A stretch of 64,000 nucleotides of DNA. It comes from Escherichia coli (GTDB lineage: Bacteria > Pseudomonadota > Gammaproteobacteria > Enterobacterales > Enterobacteriaceae). The stretch lies in the NCBI RefSeq assembly GCF_003334765.1, contig NZ_QOWT01000001.1. The stretch is one strand, 5' to 3'. Positions 46,062-57,006 of this stretch are shown here, piece after piece. Under the pieces are notes generated by a model. That model worked only from the letters and a program-made list of their open reading frames with translations, had not been told where the DNA came from and did not search any database. The stretch's first letter is position 1. Every line of letters starts with the position of its first letter. The translations under genes and the position numbers were made by a program.

Positions 46062-46482
46062 ATTCTTATCCTTAAAATTAACCATGTTATCGATAAGGCT
46101 ATATATGACCTTAATTTGCATCTAATATCAAAGGGATTATAACGATATGGCACGAGTTAACCTGTTGACATTCAGGTGTTTTAAAGGTAGCAGCTCATGG
46201 TGTGTTATCCAGTAAGATGGAGAAATTTAACGGTCAGTCCGCACGCTATAACCAGATTGTTCAGCTAAGAAAGAAAACCAGAGTTGCTAATCAAAGGGCG
46301 AACACAACGGCATGTTTATGTTTATTTATATAGTTAGTTTTATAGATAAAATTGAAATTATAAATATAAATAATGAATTAGCAGAAGCATCAACAGTAAT
46401 ATCTTATTCTCTGGTCGATTTATGTAAAACCGACCAGTATTATCGATAAATTATCGTCTGACTTATTTTGCTTCGATAAAGC

Positions 46483-46827
46483 TTACACCGCAGCCACAAT
46501 CTTAATTTCAACTTTATACTTCGGGTTCATCAAACCCGCTTGTACCGTGCAGCGCACCGGCGCATGACCCGCGACAACCCAGGCATCCCACGCTTTATTC
46601 ATCGCCGCGAAGTCGTTTTTATCGGCCAGGAAAATGGTGGCATCCAGAATGCTCGATTTATTGCTGCCCTGTTTTTCCAGCACGGCGTCAATCTGTGCCA
46701 GCGTGTTGGCGGTTTGCTCAAAGGCATCGGCGTCGAGGTTTTCCGGTACACCAGTGTAGTAGAGCGTGTTGTTGTGGATTACTACATCAGACCAGCGGGC
46801 TTCAGCATCGATACGAACGATAGTCAT
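46483..46827 (-). CDS. yoaB: RidA/YjgF-family protein YoaB
   Basis: ORF-track frame 46483..46875; start placed at ATG 46825-46827 (MTIVRIDAEARWSDVVIHNNTLYYTGVPEN...) giving 114 aa. Confidence 0.85.
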   Translation of the reverse strand: MTIVRIDAEARWSDVVIHNNTLYYTGVPENLDADAFEQTANTLAQIDAVLEKQGSNKSSILDATIFLADKNDFAAMNKAWDAWVVAGHAPVRCTVQAGLMNPKYKVEIKIVAAV

Positions 46828-46932
46828 CATTTTGTCCTCATTATACTTCCATTTTCGTGCTGCAAAGACTGCCACAATGTGAGGTCGCCGTCACCACTTC
46901 AACTGGCGAAAGCGCCCTCATCCTGACATAAT

Positions 46933-46952
46933 CCCTGTTCAAATCAACAGGG
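46933..46952. promoter_or_regulatory. candidate LexA box overlapping yoaA RBS
   Basis: ccCTGTtcaaatcaACAGgg, CTGT-N8-ACAG core ending 9 nt before the yoaA GTG start. Confidence 0.5.
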
Positions 46953-46958
46953 GGTAGT

Positions 46959-48869
46959 GTGACGGACGATTTTGCACCAGACGGTCAGCTGGCGAAAGCG
47001 ATACCAGGCTTTAAGCCGCGAGAACCACAGCGACAGATGGCGGTAGCCGTCACCCAGGCGATAGAAAAAGGCCAGCCGCTGGTGGTGGAAGCAGGAACCG
47101 GTACGGGCAAAACCTACGCTTACCTGGCTCCTGCGCTGCGGGCGAAAAAGAAAGTCATTATCTCGACCGGCTCAAAAGCGTTGCAGGATCAGCTCTACAG
47201 CCGCGATTTGCCAACAGTCTCAAAGGCATTGAAATATACGGGCAACGTGGCGCTGCTGAAAGGGCGCTCAAACTACCTCTGCCTCGAACGTCTCGAACAG
47301 CAGGCGCTGGCGGGGGGCGATCTGCCGGTACAAATCTTAAGCGATGTGATCCTGCTGCGCTCCTGGTCTAATCAAACAGTCGATGGTGATATCAGCACCT
47401 GCGTCAGCGTGGCGGAAGATTCACAGGCGTGGCCGCTGGTCACCAGCACCAACGACAACTGTCTTGGCAGCGACTGCCCGATGTATAAAGATTGCTTTGT
47501 GGTCAAAGCACGTAAAAAAGCGATGGACGCCGATGTGGTGGTGGTAAACCATCATCTCTTTCTGGCGGATATGGTGGTTAAAGAGAGTGGATTTGGCGAA
47601 CTGATCCCGGAAGCGGACGTCATGATCTTCGACGAAGCCCACCAGCTACCGGACATTGCCAGCCAGTATTTTGGTCAGTCACTCTCCAGTCGACAACTGC
47701 TCGACCTGGCAAAAGACATCACCATCGCCTACCGCACCGAATTAAAAGACACCCAGCAGTTACAAAAGTGCGCTGATCGTCTTGCCCAGAGTGCGCAGGA
47801 TTTTCGTCTGCAACTCGGTGAGCCAGGTTATCGCGGTAACCTGCGTGAGCTGTTAGCTAATCCGCAAATTCAGCGGGCATTTTTACTGCTCGATGACACC
47901 CTGGAACTTTGTTATGACGTGGCGAAACTGTCACTGGGGCGTTCCGCCTTGCTGGATGCGGCATTTGAGCGCGCCACGTTGTATCGCACACGGCTGAAGC
48001 GGCTAAAAGAGATCAATCAGCCGGGCTACAGCTACTGGTACGAATGCACTTCGCGCCATTTTACTCTGGCTCTCACGCCGCTCAGCGTGGCGGATAAATT
48101 CAAAGAGTTAATGGCGCAAAAACCCGGTAGCTGGATCTTCACCTCAGCAACGCTGTCGGTGAACGACGATCTGCATCATTTCACCTCGCGGCTTGGCATC
48201 GAACAGGCCGAGTCGTTGCTGTTGCCCAGCCCATTTGATTACAGCCGCCAGGCGTTACTCTGTGTGCCGCGCAATCTGCCGCAAACCAACCAGCCAGGTT
48301 CTGCTCGCCAGTTAGCGGCAATGCTGCGACCGATCATCGAAGCTAACAACGGTCGTTGTTTTATGCTTTGTACCTCGCACGCCATGATGCGCGATCTGGC
48401 CGAGCAGTTCCGCGCTACCATGACGCTTCCTGTATTGTTGCAGGGGGAAACCAGCAAAGGGCAACTGTTGCAGCAATTTGTCAGCGCCGGTAATGCGCTT
48501 CTTGTGGCAACCAGCAGTTTCTGGGAAGGGGTGGACGTGCGTGGCGATACATTGTCATTGGTAATTATCGACAAATTGCCGTTTACCTCGCCGGATGATC
48601 CACTGTTAAAAGCGCGCATGGAAGATTGTCGTTTGCGCGGTGGCGACCCGTTCGATGAAGTGCAACTACCAGATGCCGTCATTACTCTCAAACAGGGGGT
48701 AGGGCGACTGATTCGCGACGCCGACGATCGTGGCGTGCTGGTGATTTGTGACAATCGGCTGGTGATGCGTCCTTACGGCGCGACGTTTCTCGCCAGTCTG
48801 CCGCCCGCGCCACGCACCCGTGACATTGCCCGTGCGGTTCGTTTCCTTGCGATACCATCCTCCAGGTAA
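46959..48869 (+). CDS. yoaA: DinG-family ATP-dependent DNA helicase YoaA
   Basis: GTG-initiated ORF 636 aa (MTDDFAPDGQLAKAIPGFKPREPQRQMAVAV...), Walker A AGTGTGKT, Fe-S Cys cluster, DEAH box. Confidence 0.92.
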   Translation: MTDDFAPDGQLAKAIPGFKPREPQRQMAVAVTQAIEKGQPLVVEAGTGTGKTYAYLAPALRAKKKVIISTGSKALQDQLYSRDLPTVSKALKYTGNVALLKGRSNYLCLERLEQQALAGGDLPVQILSDVILLRSWSNQTVDGDISTCVSVAEDSQAWPLVTSTNDNCLGSDCPMYKDCFVVKARKKAMDADVVVVNHHLFLADMVVKESGFGELIPEADVMIFDEAHQLPDIASQYFGQSLSSRQLLDLAKDITIAYRTELKDTQQLQKCADRLAQSAQDFRLQLGEPGYRGNLRELLANPQIQRAFLLLDDTLELCYDVAKLSLGRSALLDAAFERATLYRTRLKRLKEINQPGYSYWYECTSRHFTLALTPLSVADKFKELMAQKPGSWIFTSATLSVNDDLHHFTSRLGIEQAESLLLPSPFDYSRQALLCVPRNLPQTNQPGSARQLAAMLRPIIEANNGRCFMLCTSHAMMRDLAEQFRATMTLPVLLQGETSKGQLLQQFVSAGNALLVATSSFWEGVDVRGDTLSLVIIDKLPFTSPDDPLLKARMEDCRLRGGDPFDEVQLPDAVITLKQGVGRLIRDADDRGVLVICDNRLVMRPYGATFLASLPPAPRTRDIARAVRFLAIPSSR

Positions 48870-48926
48870 TTTGTTACGGAGTATGGTATGATGCGCGCCT
48901 TTTTATTGATCTAAGCACGAAGACCC

Positions 48927-49622
48927 ATGCGAATTCTGGCTATCGATACCGCGACAGAGGCCTGCTCTGTCGCCCTGTGGAACGACGGTACTGTCAACGC
49001 TCATTTTGAGCTTTGCCCTCGTGAACATACTCAACGAATCTTACCGATGGTGCAGGATATCCTGACCACCAGCGGAACTTCCCTGACTGATATTAACGCT
49101 CTGGCTTACGGGCGCGGCCCCGGTAGCTTTACTGGCGTGCGCATTGGTATTGGCATCGCGCAAGGGCTGGCGCTTGGCGCGGAATTACCGATGATTGGCG
49201 TCTCCACGCTAATGACGATGGCGCAAGGGGCGTGGCGCAAAAACGGCGCAACCCGCGTGCTGGCAGCCATTGACGCGCGAATGGGCGAAGTTTACTGGGC
49301 CGAATATCAGCGTGATGAAAACGGTATCTGGCACGGTGAAGAAACCGAAGCCGTACTCAAACCCGAAATCGTCCATGAACGAATGCAACAGCTTTCCGGC
49401 GAATGGGTGACGGTAGGGACGGGCTGGCAAGCTTGGCCGGATCTCGGTAAAGAGAGCGGGCTGATTTTGCGCGATGGCGAAGTGTTACTGCCTGCTGCTG
49501 AAGATATGCTGCCGATTGCGTGTCAGATGTTTGCTGAGGGTAAAACGGTGGCGGTGGAACATGCCGAACCGGTTTATTTACGTAACAACGTCGCATGGAA
49601 GAAACTTCCGGGCAAAGAATGA
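48927..49622 (+). CDS. tsaB: tRNA t6A37 threonylcarbamoyltransferase subunit TsaB (YeaZ)
   Basis: ORF 231 aa ([21 protein letters not shown]...). Confidence 0.93.
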   Translation: MRILAIDTATEACSVALWNDGTVNAHFELCPREHTQRILPMVQDILTTSGTSLTDINALAYGRGPGSFTGVRIGIGIAQGLALGAELPMIGVSTLMTMAQGAWRKNGATRVLAAIDARMGEVYWAEYQRDENGIWHGEETEAVLKPEIVHERMQQLSGEWVTVGTGWQAWPDLGKESGLILRDGEVLLPAAEDMLPIACQMFAEGKTVAVEHAEPVYLRNNVAWKKLPGKE

Positions 49623-49661
49623 ATCTTAAGAGTATGCCCTGAGAAAAAAAGGAGTCGCACC

Positions 49662-50243
49662 ATGGCGGTTCAAAAGAATGTTATCAAAGGCATACTGGCA
49701 GGTACGTTTGCGCTAATGCTGAGCGGTTGTGTCACTGTGCCGGACGCCATTAAAGGCAGCAGTCCCACGCCGCAACAAGATTTAGTTCGGGTGATGAGTG
49801 CGCCGCAGCTGTACGTTGGTCAGGAGGCACGCTTTGGTGGCAAAGTGGTTGCGGTACAAAACCAGCAAGGGAAAACTCGCCTGGAAATTGCTACCGTACC
49901 GCTGGACAGCGGAGCCAGACCGACGCTGGGAGAACTTTCTCGCGGTCGCATTTATGCCGATGTGAACGGTTTTCTGGACCCGGTGGATTTCCGTGGACAA
50001 CTGGTTACGGTAGTCGGGCCAATCACTGGTGCGGTTGACGGCAAAATCGGCAATACGCCCTATAAATTTATGGTGATGCAAGTAACGGGTTACAAACGTT
50101 GGCATTTAACCCAGCAGGTGATTATGCCGCCTCAGCCGATTGATCCATGGTTTTATGGCGGTCGTGGCTGGCCCTATGGCTACGGCGGATGGGGCTGGTA
50201 TAATCCCGGCCCCGCGAGAGTACAAACAGTTGTAACTGAATAA
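49662..50243 (+). CDS. yeaY: Slp-family outer-membrane lipoprotein YeaY
   Basis: ORF 193 aa with lipoprotein signal peptide (LSGC lipobox). Confidence 0.88.
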   Translation: MAVQKNVIKGILAGTFALMLSGCVTVPDAIKGSSPTPQQDLVRVMSAPQLYVGQEARFGGKVVAVQNQQGKTRLEIATVPLDSGARPTLGELSRGRIYADVNGFLDPVDFRGQLVTVVGPITGAVDGKIGNTPYKFMVMQVTGYKRWHLTQQVIMPPQPIDPWFYGGRGWPYGYGGWGWYNPGPARVQTVVTE

Positions 50244-50272
50244 TTGCTTGTTTTTAAAGAAAAAGAAACAGC

Positions 50273-50289
50273 GGCTGGTCCGCTGTTTC
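50273..50289. promoter_or_regulatory. FadR operator (distal site) upstream of fadD
   Basis: GGCTGGTCCGCTGTTTC matches the FadR motif CTGGTC-N-G..TGTT; overlaps a hairpin downstream of yeaY. Confidence 0.5.
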
Positions 50290-50358
50290 TGCATTCTTAC
50301 GGTAAAGATAAAAATAAATAGTGACGCGCTTCGCAACCTTTTCGTTGGGTAATTATCA

Positions 50359-50375
50359 AGCTGGTATGATGAGTT
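50359..50375. promoter_or_regulatory. FadR operator (proximal site) upstream of fadD
   Basis: AGCTGGTATGATGAGTT, FadR-like CTGGT...TGAGTT, about 70 nt upstream of fadD start. Confidence 0.5.
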
Positions 50376-50447
50376 AATATTATGTTAACGGCATGTGTAT
50401 CATTTGGGGTTGCGATGACGACGAACACGCATTTTAGAGGTGAAGAA

Positions 50448-52133
50448 TTGAAGAAGGTTTGGCTTAACCGTTATCCCGCGGACGTTCCGACGGAGATCAA
50501 CCCTGACCGTTATCAATCTCTGGTAGATATGTTTGAGCAGTCGGTCGCGCGCTACGCCGATCAACCTGCGTTTGTGAATATGGGGGAGGTAATGACCTTC
50601 CGCAAGCTGGAAGAACGCAGTCGCGCGTTTGCCGCTTATTTGCAACAAGGGTTGGGGCTGAAGAAAGGCGATCGCGTTGCGTTGATGATGCCTAATTTAT
50701 TGCAATATCCGGTGGCGCTGTTTGGCATTTTGCGTGCCGGGATGATCGTCGTAAACGTTAACCCGTTGTATACCCCGCGTGAGCTTGAGCATCAGCTTAA
50801 CGATAGCGGCGCATCGGCGATTGTTATCGTGTCTAACTTTGCTCACACACTGGAAAAAGTGGTTGATAAAACCGCCGTTCAGCACGTAATTCTGACCCGT
50901 ATGGGCGATCAGCTATCTACGGCAAAAGGCACGGTAGTCAATTTCGTTGTTAAATACATCAAGCGTTTGGTGCCGAAATACCATCTGCCAGATGCCATTT
51001 CATTTCGTAGCGCACTGCATAACGGCTACCGGATGCAGTACGTCAAACCCGAACTGGTGCCGGAAGATTTAGCTTTTCTGCAATACACCGGCGGCACCAC
51101 TGGTGTGGCGAAAGGCGCGATGCTGACTCACCGCAATATGCTGGCGAACCTGGAACAGGTTAACGCGACCTATGGTCCGCTGTTGCATCCGGGCAAAGAG
51201 CTGGTGGTGACGGCGCTGCCGCTGTATCACATTTTTGCCCTGACCATTAACTGCCTGCTGTTTATCGAACTGGGTGGGCAGAACCTGCTTATCACTAACC
51301 CGCGCGATATTCCAGGGTTGGTAAAAGAGTTAGCGAAATATCCGTTTACCGCTATCACGGGCGTTAACACCTTGTTCAATGCGTTGCTGAACAATAAAGA
51401 GTTCCAGCAGCTGGATTTCTCCAGTCTGCATCTTTCCGCAGGCGGTGGGATGCCAGTGCAGCAAGTGGTGGCAGAGCGTTGGGTGAAACTGACCGGACAG
51501 TATCTGCTGGAAGGCTATGGCCTTACCGAGTGTGCGCCGCTGGTCAGCGTTAACCCATATGATATTGATTATCATAGTGGTAGCATCGGTTTGCCGGTGC
51601 CGTCGACGGAAGCCAAACTGGTGGATGATGATGATAATGAAGTACCACCAGGTCAACCGGGTGAGCTTTGTGTCAAAGGACCGCAGGTGATGCTGGGTTA
51701 CTGGCAGCGTCCCGATGCTACCGATGAAATCATCAAAAATGGCTGGTTACACACCGGCGACATCGCGGTAATGGATGAAGAAGGATTCCTGCGCATTGTC
51801 GATCGTAAAAAAGACATGATTCTGGTTTCCGGTTTTAACGTCTATCCCAACGAGATTGAAGATGTCGTCATGCAGCATCCTGGCGTACAGGAAGTCGCGG
51901 CTGTTGGCGTACCTTCCGGCTCCAGTGGTGAAGCGGTGAAAATCTTCGTAGTGAAAAAAGATCCATCGCTTACCGAAGAGTCACTGGTGACTTTTTGCCG
52001 CCGTCAGCTCACGGGATACAAAGTACCGAAGCTGGTGGAGTTTCGTGATGAGTTACCGAAATCTAACGTCGGAAAAATTTTGCGACGAGAATTACGTGAC
52101 GAAGCGCGCGGCAAAGTGGACAATAAAGCCTGA
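50448..52133 (+). CDS. fadD: long-chain fatty-acid-CoA ligase
   Basis: ORF-track frame from 50382; annotated-length 561 aa starts at TTG 50448 ([22 protein letters not shown]...); AMP-binding signature [12 protein letters not shown]. Confidence 0.88.
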
Positions 52134-52153
52134 GCGTTAAGTCAGTCGTCAGA

Positions 52154-52178
52154 CGCCGGTTAATCCGGCGTTTTTTTT
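52154..52178 (+). terminator. intrinsic terminator downstream of fadD
   Basis: stem cgccgg/ccggcg followed by T8. Confidence 0.85.
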
Positions 52179-52202
52179 GACGCCCACTAAAGAGAAAACA
52201 AT

Positions 52203-53330
52203 TTGAATTACCAAATGATTACCACGGACGATGCGCTGGCTTCTTTGTGTGAAGCCGTCCGTGCCTTTCCGGCGATAGCCCTGGATACTGAATTTGTTCG
52301 TACGCGCACTTATTACCCGCAGCTGGGGTTGATTCAACTTTTCGATGGCGAGCATCTGGCGCTAATCGATCCACTCGGGATCACCGACTGGTCACCGCTG
52401 AAAGCGATCCTGCGCGATCCGTCCATCACAAAATTTCTCCATGCAGGCAGTGAAGATCTGGAAGTGTTCCTCAATGTCTTTGGCGAATTACCACAACCCT
52501 TGATTGACACGCAAATCCTTGCTGCCTTCTGCGGACGCCCGATGTCATGGGGTTTCGCTTCCATGGTGGAAGAGTATTCCGGCGTTACGCTGGACAAGAG
52601 TGAATCGCGCACCGACTGGCTGGCCAGACCGCTGACCGAACGTCAGTGTGAATACGCAGCGGCGGATGTCTGGTATCTGTTACCGATCACCGCCAAGCTT
52701 ATGGTAGAAACGGAGGCCTCCGGCTGGCTACCTGCGGCGCTGGATGAATGCCGCCTGATGCAAATGCGTCGTCAGGAAGTCGTTGCGCCGGAAGATGCCT
52801 GGCGTGATATCACCAATGCCTGGCAATTACGCACACGCCAACTGGCCTGTCTGCAACTGTTAGCCGACTGGCGACTGCGCAAGGCGCGAGAGCGCGATCT
52901 GGCGGTGAACTTTGTCGTGCGTGAAGAGCATTTGTGGTCGGTAGCGCGTTATATGCCGGGAAGTTTAGGCGAACTGGACAGCCTGGGTTTATCCGGTAGC
53001 GAAATCCGCTTTCACGGTAAAACGCTGCTAGCGCTGGTGGAAAAAGCGCAGACATTGCCGGAAGATGCCTTACCGCAGCCGATGCTTAACCTGATGGACA
53101 TGCCGGGTTATCGTAAAGCGTTTAAAGCGATTAAGTCGCTGATTACTGACGTGAGCGAAACGCATAAGATCAGCGCCGAATTGCTGGCATCGCGTCGGCA
53201 AATCAACCAACTGCTGAACTGGCACTGGAAACTGAAACCGCAGAACAATTTGCCGGAGCTGATTTCCGGCTGGCGTGGTGAGCTGATGGCGGAAGCATTA
53301 CACAATTTATTGCAGGAATATCCGCAGTAA
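52203..53330 (+). CDS. rnd: ribonuclease D
   Basis: ORF 375 aa beginning at TTG (MNYQMITTDDALASLCEAVRAFPAIALDTEFVR...), DEDDy exonuclease plus HRDC. Confidence 0.9.
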   Translation: MNYQMITTDDALASLCEAVRAFPAIALDTEFVRTRTYYPQLGLIQLFDGEHLALIDPLGITDWSPLKAILRDPSITKFLHAGSEDLEVFLNVFGELPQPLIDTQILAAFCGRPMSWGFASMVEEYSGVTLDKSESRTDWLARPLTERQCEYAAADVWYLLPITAKLMVETEASGWLPAALDECRLMQMRRQEVVAPEDAWRDITNAWQLRTRQLACLQLLADWRLRKARERDLAVNFVVREEHLWSVARYMPGSLGELDSLGLSGSEIRFHGKTLLALVEKAQTLPEDALPQPMLNLMDMPGYRKAFKAIKSLITDVSETHKISAELLASRRQINQLLNWHWKLKPQNNLPELISGWRGELMAEALHNLLQEYPQ

Positions 53331-53336
53331 AATCTT

Positions 53337-53381
53337 CCGAAGCCGGACTGGGCGCGCTCAGCGCCACATCCGGCTTCGGCA
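53337..53381. repeat. REP-like palindrome between convergent rnd and cntB
   Basis: ccgaagccggac...gtccggcttcgg long inverted repeat. Confidence 0.55.
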
Positions 53382-53383
53382 AA

Positions 53384-54349
53384 CTACAAATCCAACACCA
53401 GGCGTTTACCCTTCGCACGCGAACAACAGATCAACATACTTTGCTGGCTGGCACGCTCTTCATCGCTAAAATATTGATCCCGATGGTCAGCTTCACCTTC
53501 CAGTATTGCTGTTTCGCAGGTTCCGCATACCCCTTCACGACATAAACATTCCACTTTCGCGGCTTTATTATTTTCAATAACCTGCAAAATAGTCATCTCT
53601 TCCGGCACCACAAACTCTTTTCCGGAACGGGCAAGCACCAGGGTAAATGCATCGCCGGTTTTGTCTTCGATAGCAAATTGCTCAAAGTGCAGCGTATCGG
53701 CGGCGATGTCCAGACGCGCAGCTTCACTTCTTACCGCTTCAATTAGCGCCTCGGGGCCACAGGTATAAACGTGTGTGCCAGGTTCGATATCCGCCAATAA
53801 TCGCGCTAATTCCAGTCGTGTTCCGGTTGATGAATGATGCAAATGGACTTTCTCAGCCTGCGGATGCTGGACTAGCTCATCACGAAATGCGCAACTTTCT
53901 GGATTTCGCGAGCAGTAATGTAGCTGCCAGTCGACGTCGCTGTGTTGCAGCTCTGCCATGTGCGACAGGAAAGGGGTGATACCAATACCGCCCGCGATAA
54001 ACAGATGCTTTCTGGCTGAGGGAATTAGCGCAAACAGGTTATTAGGCGTTGAAATCGTTAACCGATCGCCCACTTTTACCTGCTGATGCAAAAAGCGGGA
54101 ACCGCCGCGCGAGTTTTCCTCCAGCCGAACGGCAATCTGATAACAAGAGGTGTCATGCGGCGAACTCAGTAGTGAATACGCATTGCTGTACTGGTTATCA
54201 CCATCGCTCATCTGCACAATGACGTGACTTCCTCCGGTAAACGCAGGTAATGGTTTGCCATCGGTTGCCACCAGCGTGAAGCGTTTCACCTGTTCGGTAA
54301 GGGGTTCAACCTGGCTCACCTGTACTTCAAACATTTGATAGTCTGACAT
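53384..54349 (-). CDS. cntB: carnitine monooxygenase reductase subunit (ferredoxin-NAD reductase, FNR-like plus 2Fe-2S)
   Basis: ORF 321 aa (MSDYQMFEVQVSQVEPLTEQVKRFTLVATDG...), C-terminal CxxxxCxxC...C ferredoxin motif; K-12 name yeaX. Confidence 0.88.
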   Translation of the reverse strand: MSDYQMFEVQVSQVEPLTEQVKRFTLVATDGKPLPAFTGGSHVIVQMSDGDNQYSNAYSLLSSPHDTSCYQIAVRLEENSRGGSRFLHQQVKVGDRLTISTPNNLFALIPSARKHLFIAGGIGITPFLSHMAELQHSDVDWQLHYCSRNPESCAFRDELVQHPQAEKVHLHHSSTGTRLELARLLADIEPGTHVYTCGPEALIEAVRSEAARLDIAADTLHFEQFAIEDKTGDAFTLVLARSGKEFVVPEEMTILQVIENNKAAKVECLCREGVCGTCETAILEGEADHRDQYFSDEERASQQSMLICCSRAKGKRLVLDL

Positions 54350-54404
54350 TGCTGTACTCCATCAAAAATCAGCCCAGCGGCGGAAAATACCGCCGCCGAT
54401 GTCA

Positions 54405-55529
54405 TTAGTCCTTAAACACCTGCGCCAGCAGATTATGGAAATGGGCGATACCATGTTCGGAAATGCCACTACCGCTACTGTCGGCCATGATGCGCCCCTG
54501 ACCACGATAGCCACGCGATTTCAGCCCTTTCTGTACGCTTTCAACCAGACGTAAATCTTCCGGACGGAACACATCGCGATACCACTCAATCAGCGATTTT
54601 TGCTCGTCGGTTAACTCTTCATTGGTGAAGTAAATATCGTAGTTTTGCAGGGTAGTTTCAGAATCCACCGGGAATTCATAAATGACCGTCATCATCCCTT
54701 TGATCGGGGTGACGTTCAGCATCGTGCACGGCCACAGCCAGAAACCGTGGAATGCCGCATCCGTACCCTCTTCAAATTTAAACGACTGTTCGGACGGTTT
54801 GGCGAAACCGTATTGCAGCGTCCAGTTACCGTGCATGGTGTGCCAGTAACGATCAACCTGTACGGAGTCGGAGAAACCTGGATGCGCCGGACCACAGTGA
54901 TAGCACTCGAGATAGTTATCGACAATGTTCTTCCAGTTGGCAGGCGTGCGGGTGGTAAAGCGGGCCGCCAGTTTCAGATCGTGGACTTCCGGGCAGGCTT
55001 CCAGCACTTTCGCGCCCAGGCCGGGTAATTGATCTTCTACGCTGGTGGCGTTGGGGTCCATGTTGATGAAGACGAATCCGGCATATTCTTCCAGACGCAC
55101 CGGAACCAGTTGCGCTTTGTCGCTATCGAAATTGGCGACGTTTTCGCAGTTACGTGCATGGGCCAGGTTGCCATCGAGTTTGAATGCCCATGCGTGATAC
55201 GGGCAGGTAATCACATTTTTTGCTTTTCCTTCACCGCTCAACAACTGATGACCACGGTGCGGACACACGTTATAGAACGCGCGCAAAACCTTATCACGAC
55301 CGCGTACCAGCACGATGCTTTCGCCAATGATCTCACGCGTCACATAATCATTGGCATTCGCCAGTTCGCTGCTGTGAGCGACGCAAATCCAGCTTTTGGC
55401 GAAGACGTTCTCTTTTTCGTGTTCAAACGCGTTCTGATCGGTATAAAAACGGGCAGGAATGGTCCACGCCTCTTGCGGGTTAGCGCAAAAATTTTCGGGT
55501 AGTACAAAGTCAGGGCTCAGATTGCTCAT
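54405..55529 (-). CDS. cntA: carnitine monooxygenase oxygenase subunit (Rieske 2Fe-2S)
   Basis: ORF-track frame 54405..55649; start placed at ATG 55527-55529 (MSNLSPDFVLPENF...) giving 374 aa; Rieske CPHRG...CPYHAW motif; K-12 name yeaW. Confidence 0.88.
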   Translation of the reverse strand: MSNLSPDFVLPENFCANPQEAWTIPARFYTDQNAFEHEKENVFAKSWICVAHSSELANANDYVTREIIGESIVLVRGRDKVLRAFYNVCPHRGHQLLSGEGKAKNVITCPYHAWAFKLDGNLAHARNCENVANFDSDKAQLVPVRLEEYAGFVFINMDPNATSVEDQLPGLGAKVLEACPEVHDLKLAARFTTRTPANWKNIVDNYLECYHCGPAHPGFSDSVQVDRYWHTMHGNWTLQYGFAKPSEQSFKFEEGTDAAFHGFWLWPCTMLNVTPIKGMMTVIYEFPVDSETTLQNYDIYFTNEELTDEQKSLIEWYRDVFRPEDLRLVESVQKGLKSRGYRGQGRIMADSSGSGISEHGIAHFHNLLAQVFKD

Positions 55530-55560
55530 AGGGATACCTTTATCGTTAGGATGATGGCGC

Positions 55561-57006
55561 TCAGTTGTCGCCTTTGAATACGGTTCCCGCAGGGAGCACT
55601 GGCGTTTTTTCCAGGGCTTCAACCGGTGTCTGCGGGAGATAATGTTCAACTTGATGAGCCGGAATGTCGGCGTAATCCTGTTTCAGCCAGCGAATAAACC
55701 CGCCGACTTTCACCAGTAAAATGACGAGGAAGGGAAGGGCTGTGAGCACGACGGTGGTTTTCATCGTTTCCAGCGAAGCACCGGTAAACAAGATGGAAAG
55801 CGGGATCAGAGTGATCACCACGCACCAGAAAAGACGCAGCCCACGGTCAGGATCGTCACCTTCCTGGAGATTACGCGTACTGGTCGCCGCCATGGTGTAG
55901 GCCACTGCATCCATATGCGAGGCAAGGAAAATAATCATCACGCCCAGGTATGCGGCGAGGAACAATTTACCGGCTGGCAACGACATCAGAACTTGCTGTA
56001 CAGCTGTTTCGCCGCCCAGTGTTTCCAGCACCTGTGGGACGTTGATTACGCCATTGATAAACTGATGAATGGCATAGCTTTCCATTACGCCAAAGAAGAA
56101 CCAGCAACCGACGGTGCTGCCGAGGATCAGTCCCCAGATAACTTCTTTAATCTTACGACCGCGGGAAACGCGGGTGACAAACATTGCTACGCCAGGGGTG
56201 TATGAGATCCACCACAGCCAGTAGAAAACGGTCCAGTTGCGGGTAAATGAACCATCGCCAAGCGGATCGGTGAATAAGCTCATTTGCAGGAAGTTTTGCG
56301 TGGTCAGGCCGATGGCATTGATGATGCTGTTGGTAATAAATTCGGTTGGGCCGACAATCAGCACCAGTAATGGCAGCAGGAACGCGCCCCAGCCAACCAT
56401 TTTGCTCAGACGTTGCAAACCGTTGTTGATACCAATCCACGAGCTTAGGCAAAAAATGCCGCCGGAAAGCAGGATCACAAATGCCTGCACGGTGAAGTTA
56501 TCGGGTAAACCGGTCAGCGCGGAAAGCCCACGGGTAAAGGTTGCTGCGGTAACAACAAGGGAAATGGTCAGTGCGCCGACAGTGGCGATCAGGAACATCA
56601 AATCGACCAGTTTTCCCCATGGGCCTTGCGGGCGAACGCCGGTAATAGCAGCAATAATGCCGGAAAGGCTCAGACCTTTGTTTTTCCGCACATGAAAGTG
56701 ATAAGCCATGATTAATGAGGCCAGCGTATAAGTTGCCCAGGCGCTGATGCCCCAGTGGAAGAAAGAGTAGGGAACGCTAAATTCGAGTGCCTGTTGTGAA
56801 CGCGGTGCGATATTTAATCCAGGTGTTTGATAATAATAGGCCCATTCAGCAACCCCCCAATAAAGCGTAGAAGAACCTAAACCGGCACAAATAAACATAA
56901 ACAGCCAGGAGAGCGTGCTGTATTCCGGTTTTCCTTCGCCAAGACGAATATTGCCGTATTTACTGGTGGCTAAATAAATCACCAGTCCCATTGCCAGCAA
57001 AACCAA
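55561..57006 (-). CDS. yeaV: BCCT-family transporter YeaV
   Basis: ORF 481 aa beginning at TTG 57004-57006; an in-frame ATG 5 codons downstream is an alternative start. Confidence 0.8.
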
